Under the pieces are notes generated by a model. That model saw only the letters and a list, made by a program, of their open reading frames with translations. It was not told where the DNA came from and ran no database searches. Made by a program: the position numbers and the translations under genes. A stretch of DNA of 44,853 nucleotides from Candidatus Saccharimonadota bacterium (lineage in GTDB: Bacteria > Patescibacteriota > Saccharimonadia > Saccharimonadales > JACOTW01): NCBI GenBank assembly GCA_016178135.1, contig JACOTW010000010.1, positions 1 through 44,853 on the forward strand, written 5' to 3'. Each line of letters opens with the position of its first letter. The first letter of the stretch is position 1. Below are positions 21,456-31,188 of this stretch, in pieces.

Positions 21456-21492
21456 ATGTATCAGCCCAATATATTGTAATACGTCTGTGTGA

Positions 21493-23274
21493 TTATTTGG
21501 CAACTTTTTCTTGCAAAATCATCCAGTTTTCAACGTTAGCATAGCGGTCTGTAGCATGATTTATGAGGCTTGAATCAAAACCGAAAATACCTCCATAACT
21601 TGCATAGAGAAAATTTGGCTGGTAAAGAACAAGAGCTGGCGCATCAACGCGCCATGCTTCTAGAAACGACCGATATTTCGCGGATCGAACCGCCGGATCT
21701 GATCTGGTACGTCCAGCTTCAAGTGCCGCATCAGCTTGTTTAGATGTATATTCCGATAAATTCAGGCGATTAGCGGATCGCGGATCGGCTTGCGAACTAT
21801 GCCAAAACGGGAAAACGTCAGGATCTGACCCAATCGAAATCCCAAACAACAAAACATCATAGGCATGGCTTGAAATACTTACCTGCAAATCACTGTCCGG
21901 CTGTAAAGTTACCTTTACGTCCACACCTATCGCGCGCCATTGATCACGCAAGGACTGGGCAATGGCCGTGTAATCACTGGTGTTCTGCGAATATAGTTGA
22001 AGATTAAGCTTGGTGCTACCTTTGGCGCGCAACCCATCTTTACCCTTGAGCCATCCGGCATCATCCAGCAACCTGTTAGCTTCGGCAATATTTTGCGGAA
22101 ATTGCACTATGTTTTTATCGTAGCCAGGCTGTGATTTTAGAAGTGGCGATTTGGCAATACTTACCGAAGAATTAATTTTTTTGATGGCCGCATTAACGTC
22201 TACGGCCATAACAAGCGCCTGCCTAACTCGTTGATCGCTTAATAATGGTTGGGTTGTTTTAAAGAAAGCCAGCACTTCGCCATTAATTGGTATATTGTAG
22301 GTTTTTATATCAGTGATACTCTTTAGATTATCGGGTATCGTCTCAAGACCGGCAGCACCGTTAAGCTCGCGCGAGTTTAGACTTTCTAACAAATGTTGCT
22401 CGTTATGGAATGCTCGAACAATAAAATGCTGTAGCTTTGGTTGGCCACGATAAAAGGCACCGTTAGGAACCAGGCCAACTTGTTCTTCTCTGTCATCTGG
22501 GTTATTTCCGCGAACCTCGATAGTTTCCCATTTAAACGGCCCCGATCCCACTGGACGCGAAACATTAAAGCCAGCTGAACGCAATTGAGCAGCGGGGATA
22601 CCAACAAGCAAATGTTTGGGCACTATACCGTTTGTCAAACTATACTTAAACGAACTTAGAGCGTTTGGTAGCGTAAACACAACTGTCAGCGAGTCTTTGG
22701 CTTCTACCTTAATACCTTGCCAGCTATAAAAAAGCGGTGATTTGGCATCTGGATTTTGGATAGTTTGATAGGTAAAAACTACGTCGTCTGCCGTAAGCGA
22801 ACGGCCATCGTGCCAGACAATATTTTTACGCAACGTAACTATATAGTGCGTGCCCCGATCATCTACTGTTAAACTTTCCGCCAGATCACCTACAAGATTG
22901 CTCTGATGATCATAACGCATCAAGCCGGAAAAGACTAAGCGTGCAACACTACTATCTACGGGGTTAGTAGCATATAAGGGATTGGCATTAGTAAAGGTAC
23001 CGAGTACACCTTCTGTAAATGTACCGCCAACAGCCGGTTTAAAAACTTGGTAGTACTGTCCCAATCCGCGTAACTGCACGGTTATGCCAATAATTAGTAA
23101 AATGAAAAGTGCTATCCATGAGACTACAAAACGCCGCACCTGTACTAGCCTGCCCAGCCTACGAAAGAGATGTCTATCTAAATGCTCTTCGGCATTAATA
23201 CTAAAATCTTCAACCTGGCGCTTACCAAGACGTAGACGCCGACGCCACCGTAATTTGGTCATCCGATTTATCAT
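21493..23274 (-). CDS. Peptide/nickel ABC transporter substrate-binding protein (family 5)
   Basis: NPLYA, GDLAE, WHDGRSLTADDVVFT, PVGSGPFK, RVRQAL. Confidence 0.9.
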   Translation of the reverse strand: MINRMTKLRWRRRLRLGKRQVEDFSINAEEHLDRHLFRRLGRLVQVRRFVVSWIALFILLIIGITVQLRGLGQYYQVFKPAVGGTFTEGVLGTFTNANPLYATNPVDSSVARLVFSGLMRYDHQSNLVGDLAESLTVDDRGTHYIVTLRKNIVWHDGRSLTADDVVFTYQTIQNPDAKSPLFYSWQGIKVEAKDSLTVVFTLPNALSSFKYSLTNGIVPKHLLVGIPAAQLRSAGFNVSRPVGSGPFKWETIEVRGNNPDDREEQVGLVPNGAFYRGQPKLQHFIVRAFHNEQHLLESLNSRELNGAAGLETIPDNLKSITDIKTYNIPINGEVLAFFKTTQPLLSDQRVRQALVMAVDVNAAIKKINSSVSIAKSPLLKSQPGYDKNIVQFPQNIAEANRLLDDAGWLKGKDGLRAKGSTKLNLQLYSQNTSDYTAIAQSLRDQWRAIGVDVKVTLQPDSDLQVSISSHAYDVLLFGISIGSDPDVFPFWHSSQADPRSANRLNLSEYTSKQADAALEAGRTRSDPAVRSAKYRSFLEAWRVDAPALVLYQPNFLYASYGGIFGFDSSLINHATDRYANVENWMILQEKVAK

Positions 23275-23285
23275 AATTGAATAGC

Positions 23286-23498
23286 CTAAACAACGATGCC
23301 CAGAATCAAAGAGGCCGCAAATATAAACGCCAGCATAATAGTCATCTGGTGTAGCGTCCTATCAGAACCACGTCGAACTGTATTTATTTCGCCACCGCCA
23401 CCCATGCCAGCACCAAGGGATGCTCCGCGTGTTTGAATCAAAATAAGTATTGTCATAAGTATCATTGAACCAATAGCAATATAATTATAAATACTCAT
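23286..23498 (-). CDS. secG: Preprotein translocase subunit SecG
   Basis: ILIQTRGASLGAGMGG..RRGSDRTL; two TM helices. Confidence 0.88.
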   Translation of the reverse strand: MSIYNYIAIGSMILMTILILIQTRGASLGAGMGGGGEINTVRRGSDRTLHQMTIMLAFIFAASLILGIVV

Positions 23499-23585
23499 CA
23501 GAAAATTCCTCCAAATCTTATTTTCGACGCATTATTGATAATGTGGTAATTTAATTCATGCCAATATCGGAAATTAACAACTATA

Positions 23586-23743
23586 CTGGACTTAAGCGAA
23601 ATCGCTTGTTCCCAAATTGAATCAGCTCGAATAAAAGCAGTTTTATCTGAAGAAGAGGTATCTGTAGATACATCGAAAGCAGAAAAACTGTTTGTAGCCG
23701 AGGCTAGTCGGTCTAGAGATAAGATAGCTTTGCGTGAGTCCAT
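23586..23743. mobile_element. Family A MITE, subtype A1, diverged, 158 bp
   Basis: CTGGACTTAAGCGAAA ... TTTGCGTGAGTCCAT; TATA duplication 23582-23585/23744-23747. Confidence 0.88.
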
Positions 23744-23757
23744 TATATGCATCATTT

Positions 23758-24132
23758 TTATTTCTCCTCCAGAATAGTTGACACTAGATAGTTTACCAAG
23801 CCAATGATCATGCCGGCAAGCATTGCGGCCCAGAAATTCGTAACCTGTAATTGTGAATATAATTTACTGACCAACATGACCATAAAGCCGTTAATAATAA
23901 GCATGAAAAATCCTAGACTAAAAAGAATTGCTGGCAATGATAGGATCACCAATATCGGCTTAATGACGATATTGACCAGGGCCAAAATTAGGCCAGCAAC
24001 AACGATAACGGTCAGTCGGCTGTCATAATTTATGCCTCCGCCCACAATACCCGCGGCGATCCATAAACCAAGGCTGCATACAAACCAGCGCAGTAGAAAA
24101 CTAACAAGAGGTTTGCGTTTCATTGTTGCCAT
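23758..24132 (-). CDS. YvlD/phage-holin-4-like membrane protein
   Basis: LALVNIVIKPILVILSLPAILFSLGFF..INGF; 4 TM segments. Confidence 0.8.
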   Translation of the reverse strand: MATMKRKPLVSFLLRWFVCSLGLWIAAGIVGGGINYDSRLTVIVVAGLILALVNIVIKPILVILSLPAILFSLGFFMLIINGFMVMLVSKLYSQLQVTNFWAAMLAGMIIGLVNYLVSTILEEK

Positions 24133-25355
24133 TGTAACATAGCGGACGGAACTTTGCTTAGCAGATCTACACCGTTTTGAGTGATTAGTACATCGTCTTC
24201 TATTCGCACGCCAATACCTTCTTTGGGGATATAAATGCCTGGCTCGACCGTCAAGACCATCCCAGATTCAAGTCTATGTTCATAATCAGCGCTGTCATGA
24301 GCATCAAGCCCTAGATGATGAGAAACAGCATGTGGGAAAAACTGGCGAACTGATTCATGTTCAATAGTCTTTATGAGACCTAAAGATCTTAGTTTCTCGC
24401 CCATAAATTGCTCAACCTGGCTTTCGTATTCCCTAATTAATATCCCGGGCTTTAGGAGTTCTTCCGCAAAAGTTTTTACTTCATACACGGCTTCATATAT
24501 AGTTTTTTCGCGTTTACTGGGCTCTACTAGCCAGAACATTCTAGTAATGTCTGCCGCGTACTGATCTACCTCTGCACCTACATCCAACAGAACAAAACGG
24601 GCTTTTTGCAGATCATCATTATTTTTAAGATAGTGAATAACACAGGCGTTTGCCCCGCTAGCCACAATAGGCGTAAAAGCGTGACCGCTAGCCCCCCGCT
24701 TACGAAAACCTCTCGTTATATCGGCTTCTATCTCGTATTCATTTTTATAAAATCCGAGCCGCCGCTTAACATCATTGAGAGTTTTGCCAGTAATATCAAT
24801 TGCCTGGCGTAGCGCTTGAAGCTCTGGTGCTTGTTTGACCATTCTCATGGTGGCAAGATGCTGGCGTAAATCCAAAAGTTTTATTTCCGAATTAATATCT
24901 TTGATTTTTTCTAATAAATTCGCACGTGCAGGATTAGTAAAAAAACCATGGGAATCAACGTATGTAGCACTAGCACCCAGGGTTGCAATATGTTTTGCCC
25001 GTTTCAGGCGACTCTCCACCTGCTTCCAGCCAGTTTTTGTATCAAATACCGTTTCTATACCTGAACGTCGAACTAATTCTTCAACGTTTATAGCACCATC
25101 AAAAGTTATTTGATGTGATTCTTGATTTGAGAGAATTAGATATTCCTTGTCTTTATCCAAGACCAGGATGATATCCGGCTCGTCAATACCTGTCAGATAC
25201 CAAAAACTACTGTCTTGTCTGAAAGGAAAAGATGTGTCAGCATTACGTTGAAGTAAACCATTAGCCGTCAATACAATAGGCGCAGTGCCAGTAAACAGGG
25301 CTCGTAATTTTGCCCTATTCCCAATAAAAAAATCCGCCGTAAACCCAGTTTCCAT
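24120..25355 (-). CDS. pepP: Xaa-Pro aminopeptidase (M24)
   Basis: FRQDSSFWYLTG, LDVGAE..YAADITR, HHLGLDAHD, TVEPGIY, VRIEDD; start at METGF. Confidence 0.9.
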   Translation of the reverse strand: METGFTADFFIGNRAKLRALFTGTAPIVLTANGLLQRNADTSFPFRQDSSFWYLTGIDEPDIILVLDKDKEYLILSNQESHQITFDGAINVEELVRRSGIETVFDTKTGWKQVESRLKRAKHIATLGASATYVDSHGFFTNPARANLLEKIKDINSEIKLLDLRQHLATMRMVKQAPELQALRQAIDITGKTLNDVKRRLGFYKNEYEIEADITRGFRKRGASGHAFTPIVASGANACVIHYLKNNDDLQKARFVLLDVGAEVDQYAADITRMFWLVEPSKREKTIYEAVYEVKTFAEELLKPGILIREYESQVEQFMGEKLRSLGLIKTIEHESVRQFFPHAVSHHLGLDAHDSADYEHRLESGMVLTVEPGIYIPKEGIGVRIEDDVLITQNGVDLLSKVPSAMLQWQQ

Positions 25356-25489
25356 AATCAGCCTATAAGTATAGCAGTTCAAGACCACCCAGTACATACT
25401 TCACGCCCAACGCCCGCCCATCAACTGGATCCTGACATTCTATTACCCCCCTTTGCTCGGGGTATGACCCAATAGCACTACGGGGGGTG

Positions 25490-27142
25490 TTAATTTAGGT
25501 ATCGGTGGAGAAGGGTTGCTTTGGTTTTACCTATAACTTGTTCTAAGGATAAGAGAGAGGCTTGTGTTAAGCCGTGCATACTACCAAAAGTTTTGAGGAG
25601 TTTTTTACGAGTGGCTGGACCAATACCTGGTATATCATCCAGTAAACTAGCAGTTGCACGTTTGGTTTTCAAGGTAGAGTGGTAGCTGACGACAAAACGA
25701 TGCGATTCGTCTCTAATACGCTGGAGTAGTTTTACCAAATTAGTATTATGCGGCAGATTTATCAGTACAAAATCACCAGATTCCGTCACAAAACCGTCCA
25801 ATTTATGGAGTGTTTTCGGATCTATTGTCACATTTGACGCATGTTTATTGATCACGATTTGCTCTTCGCGTTTAGCAAGACCAACCATAGGTACATCGCC
25901 AACTCCTCGTGCGTCGCGGGCTTTTATGGCCATTTCTAACTGACCCTTGCCACCATCTATAAGTATAAAGTTTGGTTTGGGCCATCTTTTTAGATTAGTT
26001 TCGCTAAAACGACGCTCGATTGTTTCATGCATATTATAAAAATCATTATTTTGGTCTTTTTTGGTTTTGAACTTACGATATTCGCTTTTGTTACTCGCCC
26101 CATTAGTAAACACCACCATGCTGGCCACCACATCCGTGCCGCTCATATGGCTGATGTCATAACCCTCAATCCGGCGCGGAAAGGCTTTTAAACCCAATAA
26201 ATCAACCAATTCATTGAGGGCGTGATCTTTGCTAATGTCCAGAAATTCTTTGTCACTAAATATTACTTGTTGATTCAGTCGTTTCAAGGCAAATAACTGA
26301 TTTCTTGTCTTCGCCGCCGCTTCAAACTGTGAAGTTTTGGCAAATTGTTTCATGTCTTTTTCTAATTCTTTTTCGATATTTTTACGCTTACCTTCAATAA
26401 CAGCTATCAAGCGTCGCAAATTTGCCCGATAATCTTCTAATGACGTTTTACCCTCCTCAAGCCCTGGGTCTAAACCTAAATGATAATGCAGTGTCGCTCG
26501 TTTTTGCCCAGGTGTCTGGCTAGTAGTAAATGGGAAAATTCGTCTCAAAAATTTGAGGGCCTGACGAACGCTTTGCGTACTTAAATATGGGCCAAAATAA
26601 TGCGCGCCATCGTCTAACGGACGGCGTGTAGTGGTGACAGTCGGGAAGTTGTCATCATAATTGATGCGAATATAAACCATCGATTTATCATCGCGAAGCA
26701 AAATATTATAGCGTGGCATATAACGCCGAACCATCTCGGCCTCCAAAAACAACGCCTCAAGCTCACTATCCACCACCATCCAATCGACATCAGCAATTTC
26801 GGCTATTAGGGCTTGGGTTTTTGGATCACGACTCCGACTTTTTTGAAAATATTGTCGTACACGATTTTTCAGAACCGCCGCCTTGCCCACGTAAATAATC
26901 TCGCCCTTGCTGTTTTTATGAAAGTAAACCCCGGGCGATTGGGGTAAGTTTTTTAATTTGGTGACCAAGCCTTTACTGGACTTACCCAAAATCGCCCGTT
27001 TCCGGAGTGAATTATCTCCAGCGAAAACTGTTTTATCTGAAGGAGAGGCACCTGAAGATACATCGGAAGAAGAAAAACTATTTGCAGCCGATAGAATTCG
27101 ATCTGGGGGTGGAGGAGTTTTGGGTAAGTTGAGTTTATGCAT
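25490..27142 (-). CDS. uvrC: Excinuclease ABC subunit C with an in-frame 54-aa MITE insertion near the N-terminus
   Basis: LPQSPGVY..IIYVGKA..RVRQYF, IEGYDISH, IDGGKGQ, RDESHRF, HhH. Confidence 0.95.
   Translation of the reverse strand: MHKLNLPKTPPPPDRILSAANSFSSSDVSSGASPSDKTVFAGDNSLRKRAILGKSSKGLVTKLKNLPQSPGVYFHKNSKGEIIYVGKAAVLKNRVRQYFQKSRSRDPKTQALIAEIADVDWMVVDSELEALFLEAEMVRRYMPRYNILLRDDKSMVYIRINYDDNFPTVTTTRRPLDDGAHYFGPYLSTQSVRQALKFLRRIFPFTTSQTPGQKRATLHYHLGLDPGLEEGKTSLEDYRANLRRLIAVIEGKRKNIEKELEKDMKQFAKTSQFEAAAKTRNQLFALKRLNQQVIFSDKEFLDISKDHALNELVDLLGLKAFPRRIEGYDISHMSGTDVVASMVVFTNGASNKSEYRKFKTKKDQNNDFYNMHETIERRFSETNLKRWPKPNFILIDGGKGQLEMAIKARDARGVGDVPMVGLAKREEQIVINKHASNVTIDPKTLHKLDGFVTESGDFVLINLPHNTNLVKLLQRIRDESHRFVVSYHSTLKTKRATASLLDDIPGIGPATRKKLLKTFGSMHGLTQASLLSLEQVIGKTKATLLHRYLN
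26976..27133. mobile_element. Family A MITE (A1, 158 bp) in-frame in uvrC
   Basis: TTTA duplication 26972-26975/27134-27137; removing 162 bp gives MHKGLVTKLKNLPQSPGVY. Confidence 0.92.
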
Positions 27143-27147
27143 AAATA

Positions 27148-28002
27148 TTACACCATGACTGAACTATGTTGCTCGCAGTTGTTAGTTTTAGTAGCACAAT
27201 CTACACAAGCTAGAACAAGGCGGTTGCAACTTTTGTCTTCACAATTGATATGATTGCTAGTTTGATTGTCGCAGTGAACGCAAATTCCAATATCTTTGGA
27301 CTTATTAGAAAAAGCTATATTAAGCCGTTCATCAAAAACGAAACACTTGCCCTCCCAATGACCCGAGTCTCTATATTCTTCACCGTATTTTACAATGCCA
27401 CCGTCCAAATGATAGACCTCATCAAAACCCTTATGTTTCATGTAAGCGCTCAAGTATTCACAGCGCACATCGCCAGTGCAGTAGGTCAAAATAGGCTGAT
27501 CTTTTGGCAATTTATCTAACTCTGATTTTATATCACGGAAGTTTTTGATCTTCGGCTTTATAACATTTTTACCCTTAAAGGCACCTATTTCACTTTCATA
27601 ATCATTACGAGCGTCAAGAATGACTACATCTGGATGCTTATCAATATATTCGTGCCACTGTTTTGGCTTGAGTCCTTTTGTGCTATTAAAAACATTGAAC
27701 TGCTCGTCTGGGGCCAGAGTTACTAGTTCTTTGCGAACTTTTACGCTTAGTTTAGGGAAATCATCAGCGTTACCATCGCTCCATTTATACTGAATTTTCT
27801 TAAATAACGGGTGCTTGTTCATGTCTCGAATATACATTTTGATATTTTCTATCTGACCGCCAAGCGTACCGTTGATACCATTCTCCGAGATTATAATCCG
27901 ACCTTTTAGATTTAGCCGTTCACATAAATTACGCTGCCAAAACATTACGGTTTCTGGATCGGCTACCGGTACAAATTTATAAAAAAGAATTATTTTTTGC
28001 AT
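27148..28002 (-). CDS. trhO: Rhodanese-domain tRNA uridine(34) hydroxylase (TrhO/YceA)
   Basis: LFYKF, GINGTLGG, DARNDYESEIG, YCTGDVRCE, GKCFVFDER. Confidence 0.88.
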   Translation of the reverse strand: MQKIILFYKFVPVADPETVMFWQRNLCERLNLKGRIIISENGINGTLGGQIENIKMYIRDMNKHPLFKKIQYKWSDGNADDFPKLSVKVRKELVTLAPDEQFNVFNSTKGLKPKQWHEYIDKHPDVVILDARNDYESEIGAFKGKNVIKPKIKNFRDIKSELDKLPKDQPILTYCTGDVRCEYLSAYMKHKGFDEVYHLDGGIVKYGEEYRDSGHWEGKCFVFDERLNIAFSNKSKDIGICVHCDNQTSNHINCEDKSCNRLVLACVDCATKTNNCEQHSSVMV

Positions 28003-28028
28003 ACTTTAACTATTTTACCTCTGTTAGT

Positions 28029-29774
28029 TTAACGAAGCAATAACAAAGCAGCGATAACTACCCCAAATAATACAGCGATAATAATTATGGCAGGTGGCAA
28101 TGTTTGCGACCGTTGACTGGACTTAGGTGCAACGCCAAAACCATTGGCCCCATAAGCCGAGGGCATTGACTTGCTAGTGTTGTGCGGACTCTGGTTAGAG
28201 ATGGAACCATAGGCTGCATCATCGTTTTTATTGAACTCACGCGAAATCTCTCGTTCTTGGAGTAAACTGGACTTACCCAAAACCCCTCGTTCCCAGAGCG
28301 AATCAGATCGAGCAAAAACAGTTTTATCTGAAGGAGAGGTACCTGATTTACTGTGTCTTAAATGCTCCTGTGAATCTTGGCGATGTAAGCTATCAATTAG
28401 AATAGTTTCAAAACGATTACCGCTCAAAAATTCGCGCACTACACGTCTTAAGCCTATCGTATCAAGCCGACCCGCTTCATACATCTGTTTTACGCTAACA
28501 CCCCCTGATTCCATGTGTTTTGCCACCTCCAGAAGCTCAATCAAGGACATAGTTTCCGTCTTTTTAGGAGCTTCCTGGGCAGCTATCGGTAGCACCTCCA
28601 TTTTTGGCAACACCATTTTTGCCAACCTCTCCGCTTTTACTGGCAATCTATTTTCTGTCCGCTTTTCTTGTTTATTTTCACGATGCGTATCTAGCCGATC
28701 GGTCAATACCGGCCTAGCGATTCCCGGCTTATGTTTGATTGTGAGAGGGGCAAGTTTACGAATTTTTTCTTCGCGATCTGAAATACTAATCTGCAAGTTT
28801 TTTACTTCTTTGGTTAACTTTTCCTGAATGGGTAGCAATCGCTTTTCTGTTTTAATCCGCCCGCGGCGTCGACCAATTAAATAACCCACGATGCCGCCCG
28901 TCAAAACATCGCCGACTCTTTGATGACGTAACGGCAAGACCTTTGGGCTGGTATCCATGGCGTTTGGAGCTGGAGCTACAACATCTGACTCACTCAATAT
29001 CGAGATTGGAGGCACACCCAAACTTGACGGAGGTGCCGATGCGGAAACGGCGATCGGATTAACTGTAACTGGCCGATCATCTTCGGTTTCTTCGGCAATA
29101 TCAAGATCATTCATAGTATCTACCAAAATTTTATCGAGCAAATCTTCGTTAATTTCCTCATCACCATCCAAACCTTCCTGAATATTTTCCAGAAGCATAG
29201 CATTGGCTACGACGGCTGCCTCCTCCGGACTGTCCGGCTCTAATTGGTCAAGTTCCTGTTTTACATCTTCAGTTCTGGCTTGTACATATTGTTCTATGAC
29301 AAATCTTTGTTCGTTGTTCGTCAATTTCTCAAGATTTTTCGATTTGTCTTCTTGTTCTGATTGCTTACTAGACTCTTGCGCAATTTCCTCGTCATCATAT
29401 CTAATAACCTCGGTTACTTGAGTTGATTCACCTTGGAAACGAGGGGTTTTGGGTAGACTGGACTTACGCAAAGCTCCCCCATCCCCAGACCAATTCATCT
29501 CGGCTGGTAGCGGTCTGTCTTCTCTCGATGTAGCTATGGCTACCTCTCCTTCAGTCAAACCACTCCCAACTCGAGCTGATTTAGCCTGGGAACGGGCGAT
29601 TTTACGTAAGTCCAGTAGATCTTGCTTATCGTCTGTAACAATTTCAAAAATTGGTAATTTTTTGTTGGATTTTTTGTTCTTCTTGTCTTTTTTCTCGGCA
29701 ATATCAAAAAAACTCTCAAACGAACTCATCATTCGTTTATCGTTGTCCGAGTTATCGCTACCCGATATTTCCAT
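28029..29774 (-). CDS. Hypothetical protein (acidic, C-terminal TM) with several in-frame MITE-derived segments
   Basis: 581-aa uninterrupted ORF; GGIVGYLIGRRRGRIKTEK; element peptides near both ends. Confidence 0.8.
   Translation of the reverse strand: MEISGSDNSDNDKRMMSSFESFFDIAEKKDKKNKKSNKKLPIFEIVTDDKQDLLDLRKIARSQAKSARVGSGLTEGEVAIATSREDRPLPAEMNWSGDGGALRKSSLPKTPRFQGESTQVTEVIRYDDEEIAQESSKQSEQEDKSKNLEKLTNNEQRFVIEQYVQARTEDVKQELDQLEPDSPEEAAVVANAMLLENIQEGLDGDEEINEDLLDKILVDTMNDLDIAEETEDDRPVTVNPIAVSASAPPSSLGVPPISILSESDVVAPAPNAMDTSPKVLPLRHQRVGDVLTGGIVGYLIGRRRGRIKTEKRLLPIQEKLTKEVKNLQISISDREEKIRKLAPLTIKHKPGIARPVLTDRLDTHRENKQEKRTENRLPVKAERLAKMVLPKMEVLPIAAQEAPKKTETMSLIELLEVAKHMESGGVSVKQMYEAGRLDTIGLRRVVREFLSGNRFETILIDSLHRQDSQEHLRHSKSGTSPSDKTVFARSDSLWERGVLGKSSLLQEREISREFNKNDDAAYGSISNQSPHNTSKSMPSAYGANGFGVAPKSSQRSQTLPPAIIIIAVLFGVVIAALLLLR
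28233..28346. mobile_element. Two nested partial family A ends inside the hypothetical gene
   Basis: Degenerate end 28233-28266, then CTGGACTTACCCAAA...AGGTACCTGA at 28267-28346. Confidence 0.75.
29458..29615. mobile_element. Family A MITE (A2, 158 bp) in-frame, adjacent to an older A remnant (about 29418-29457)
   Basis: TAGA duplication 29454-29457/29616-29619; encodes LDLRKIARS...GALRKSS. Confidence 0.93.
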
Positions 29775-29794
29775 AATCTACATTCTAAAGGATT

Positions 29795-30493
29795 TTATTT
29801 ATTGTCTTCTTTTGAGTCTGTACCTTTTGCTTCGGTTGTATCTGTTGGCTCGACGGTTGGTTCGACTTCATTACCAGACTTAGTGGCGTCTTCGACCAAT
29901 GATGCTTGTGAAGCATCGGCTACAGCAATTTGATCTTTTGGCATCTCTACTATAGCTATTTGCGTTTCGGGTTCGGTCAAGATTGTTACTCCAGCTGGTA
30001 TCGGAAGATCGGCTACAGTCAAATGGTCGCCAACCTGTGCTAATTTACTAGGGTCTACAATCAGCTTGTCGGGTAAATCTTTTGGTAAGGCCTCAACTTC
30101 TACGTGATCAAGTTGCTTGAGTATAAGTAGACTGATTTTTTCTGCAGGAATTTCAACGTCCTTAAAGACGATAGGCACTTCGGCTTCAACTTTTTCATTT
30201 TGCTTAATAGCCTGGAAGACAATATGGCGCATGCGGTGTTTGGTCGGCTCAAAATCAATATCCTTAATAAGTGCCAGGTGGTGTTTGCCACCAACTGATA
30301 GCTGTACTGGATGGTGCTTGCCAGCTTGCTCGTAAGTTTTATGTAGCTTAATGTAATCACCCATAACATGGATGGATGAATGGCCGTGATCGTGGATCAC
30401 CGCCGGAATTAGTCCGTTATTGCGGAGTTTACGTAAGCCCTTGCCTACAATTTCGCGCTCCTGTAAATCTACTGATATATCCTGTACTGTCAT
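29795..30493 (-). CDS. rplY: 50S ribosomal protein L25/Ctc
   Basis: GKGLRKLR..IPAVI, EVEALPKDLPD, acidic tail. Confidence 0.92.
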   Translation of the reverse strand: MTVQDISVDLQEREIVGKGLRKLRNNGLIPAVIHDHGHSSIHVMGDYIKLHKTYEQAGKHHPVQLSVGGKHHLALIKDIDFEPTKHRMRHIVFQAIKQNEKVEAEVPIVFKDVEIPAEKISLLILKQLDHVEVEALPKDLPDKLIVDPSKLAQVGDHLTVADLPIPAGVTILTEPETQIAIVEMPKDQIAVADASQASLVEDATKSGNEVEPTVEPTDTTEAKGTDSKEDNK

Positions 30494-30546
30494 GAATCCT
30501 CCTAAAGTACTTTTATATTATAGCAAAAAACAGTAGTATATGACGA

Positions 30547-31188
30547 ATGTTAGATATAAATCAATTAATTGAAAGTGGCGGCATTTTATTAATTGCTTTG
30601 ATTGTTTTTGCGGAATCAGGGCTTCTTTTAGGTTTCTTTTTGCCAGGTGATACTCTACTATTTGGTGCCGGACTGCTTGCCTCTCAAGGTGAATTATCAA
30701 TATTGCCATTGATCTTGGTAATTATAGCGGCGGCAATTGTTGGTGACAATGTTGGTTACAGTATTGGCCAACGAGCTGGACCACGAATTTTCCGTAAGAA
30801 AGATGGAATTATATTTCGCCAAGAATATATAGAAAAAGCCGAGGCTTTCTATGAGAAACACGGCGGCAAAACAATAGTACTAGCTCGCTTTATCCCCATA
30901 ATACGCACATTTGCTCCGGTAGTAGCTGGTGCTGGCAAGATGTCGCGACGAAGATTCATGTTTTTTAATATTGCTGGCGGAACATTGTGGGGTGCAGGTA
31001 TTACACTGTTGGGCTATTGGTTTGGGCAACGAATCCCTCACCTGGATCAATACATAGAGTACGTGATAATCGGGGTTGTCGTCGCGAGCCTTGGGTTATC
31101 CATGCTTCATTTGTTGAAGGATAAAGAAACTCGCCAAAAACTCAAAATTCGCCTAAGAGATATATTACTTAACAAAAAAAATAATTAG
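30547..31188 (+). CDS. DedA family protein
   Basis: FAESGLLLGFFLPGDTLLF, GDNVGY, ARFIPIIRTF. Confidence 0.92.
   Translation: MLDINQLIESGGILLIALIVFAESGLLLGFFLPGDTLLFGAGLLASQGELSILPLILVIIAAAIVGDNVGYSIGQRAGPRIFRKKDGIIFRQEYIEKAEAFYEKHGGKTIVLARFIPIIRTFAPVVAGAGKMSRRRFMFFNIAGGTLWGAGITLLGYWFGQRIPHLDQYIEYVIIGVVVASLGLSMLHLLKDKETRQKLKIRLRDILLNKKNN

Noticed and set aside
23498-23755. 85-aa ORF between the holin-like gene and secG
   Set aside because: About two thirds is a family A copy. It fits the operon spacing, but there is no other evidence of a gene.
23758-24132. Holin-like gene as evidence of a prophage
   Set aside because: YvlD-type proteins are common chromosomal genes, and the context (pepP, secG) is housekeeping.
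28231-29883. Antisense ORFs 28231-28827 and 29449-29883, and other short shadow ORFs
   Set aside because: They lie opposite longer supported genes, and their openness is partly explained by the bidirectionally open element.
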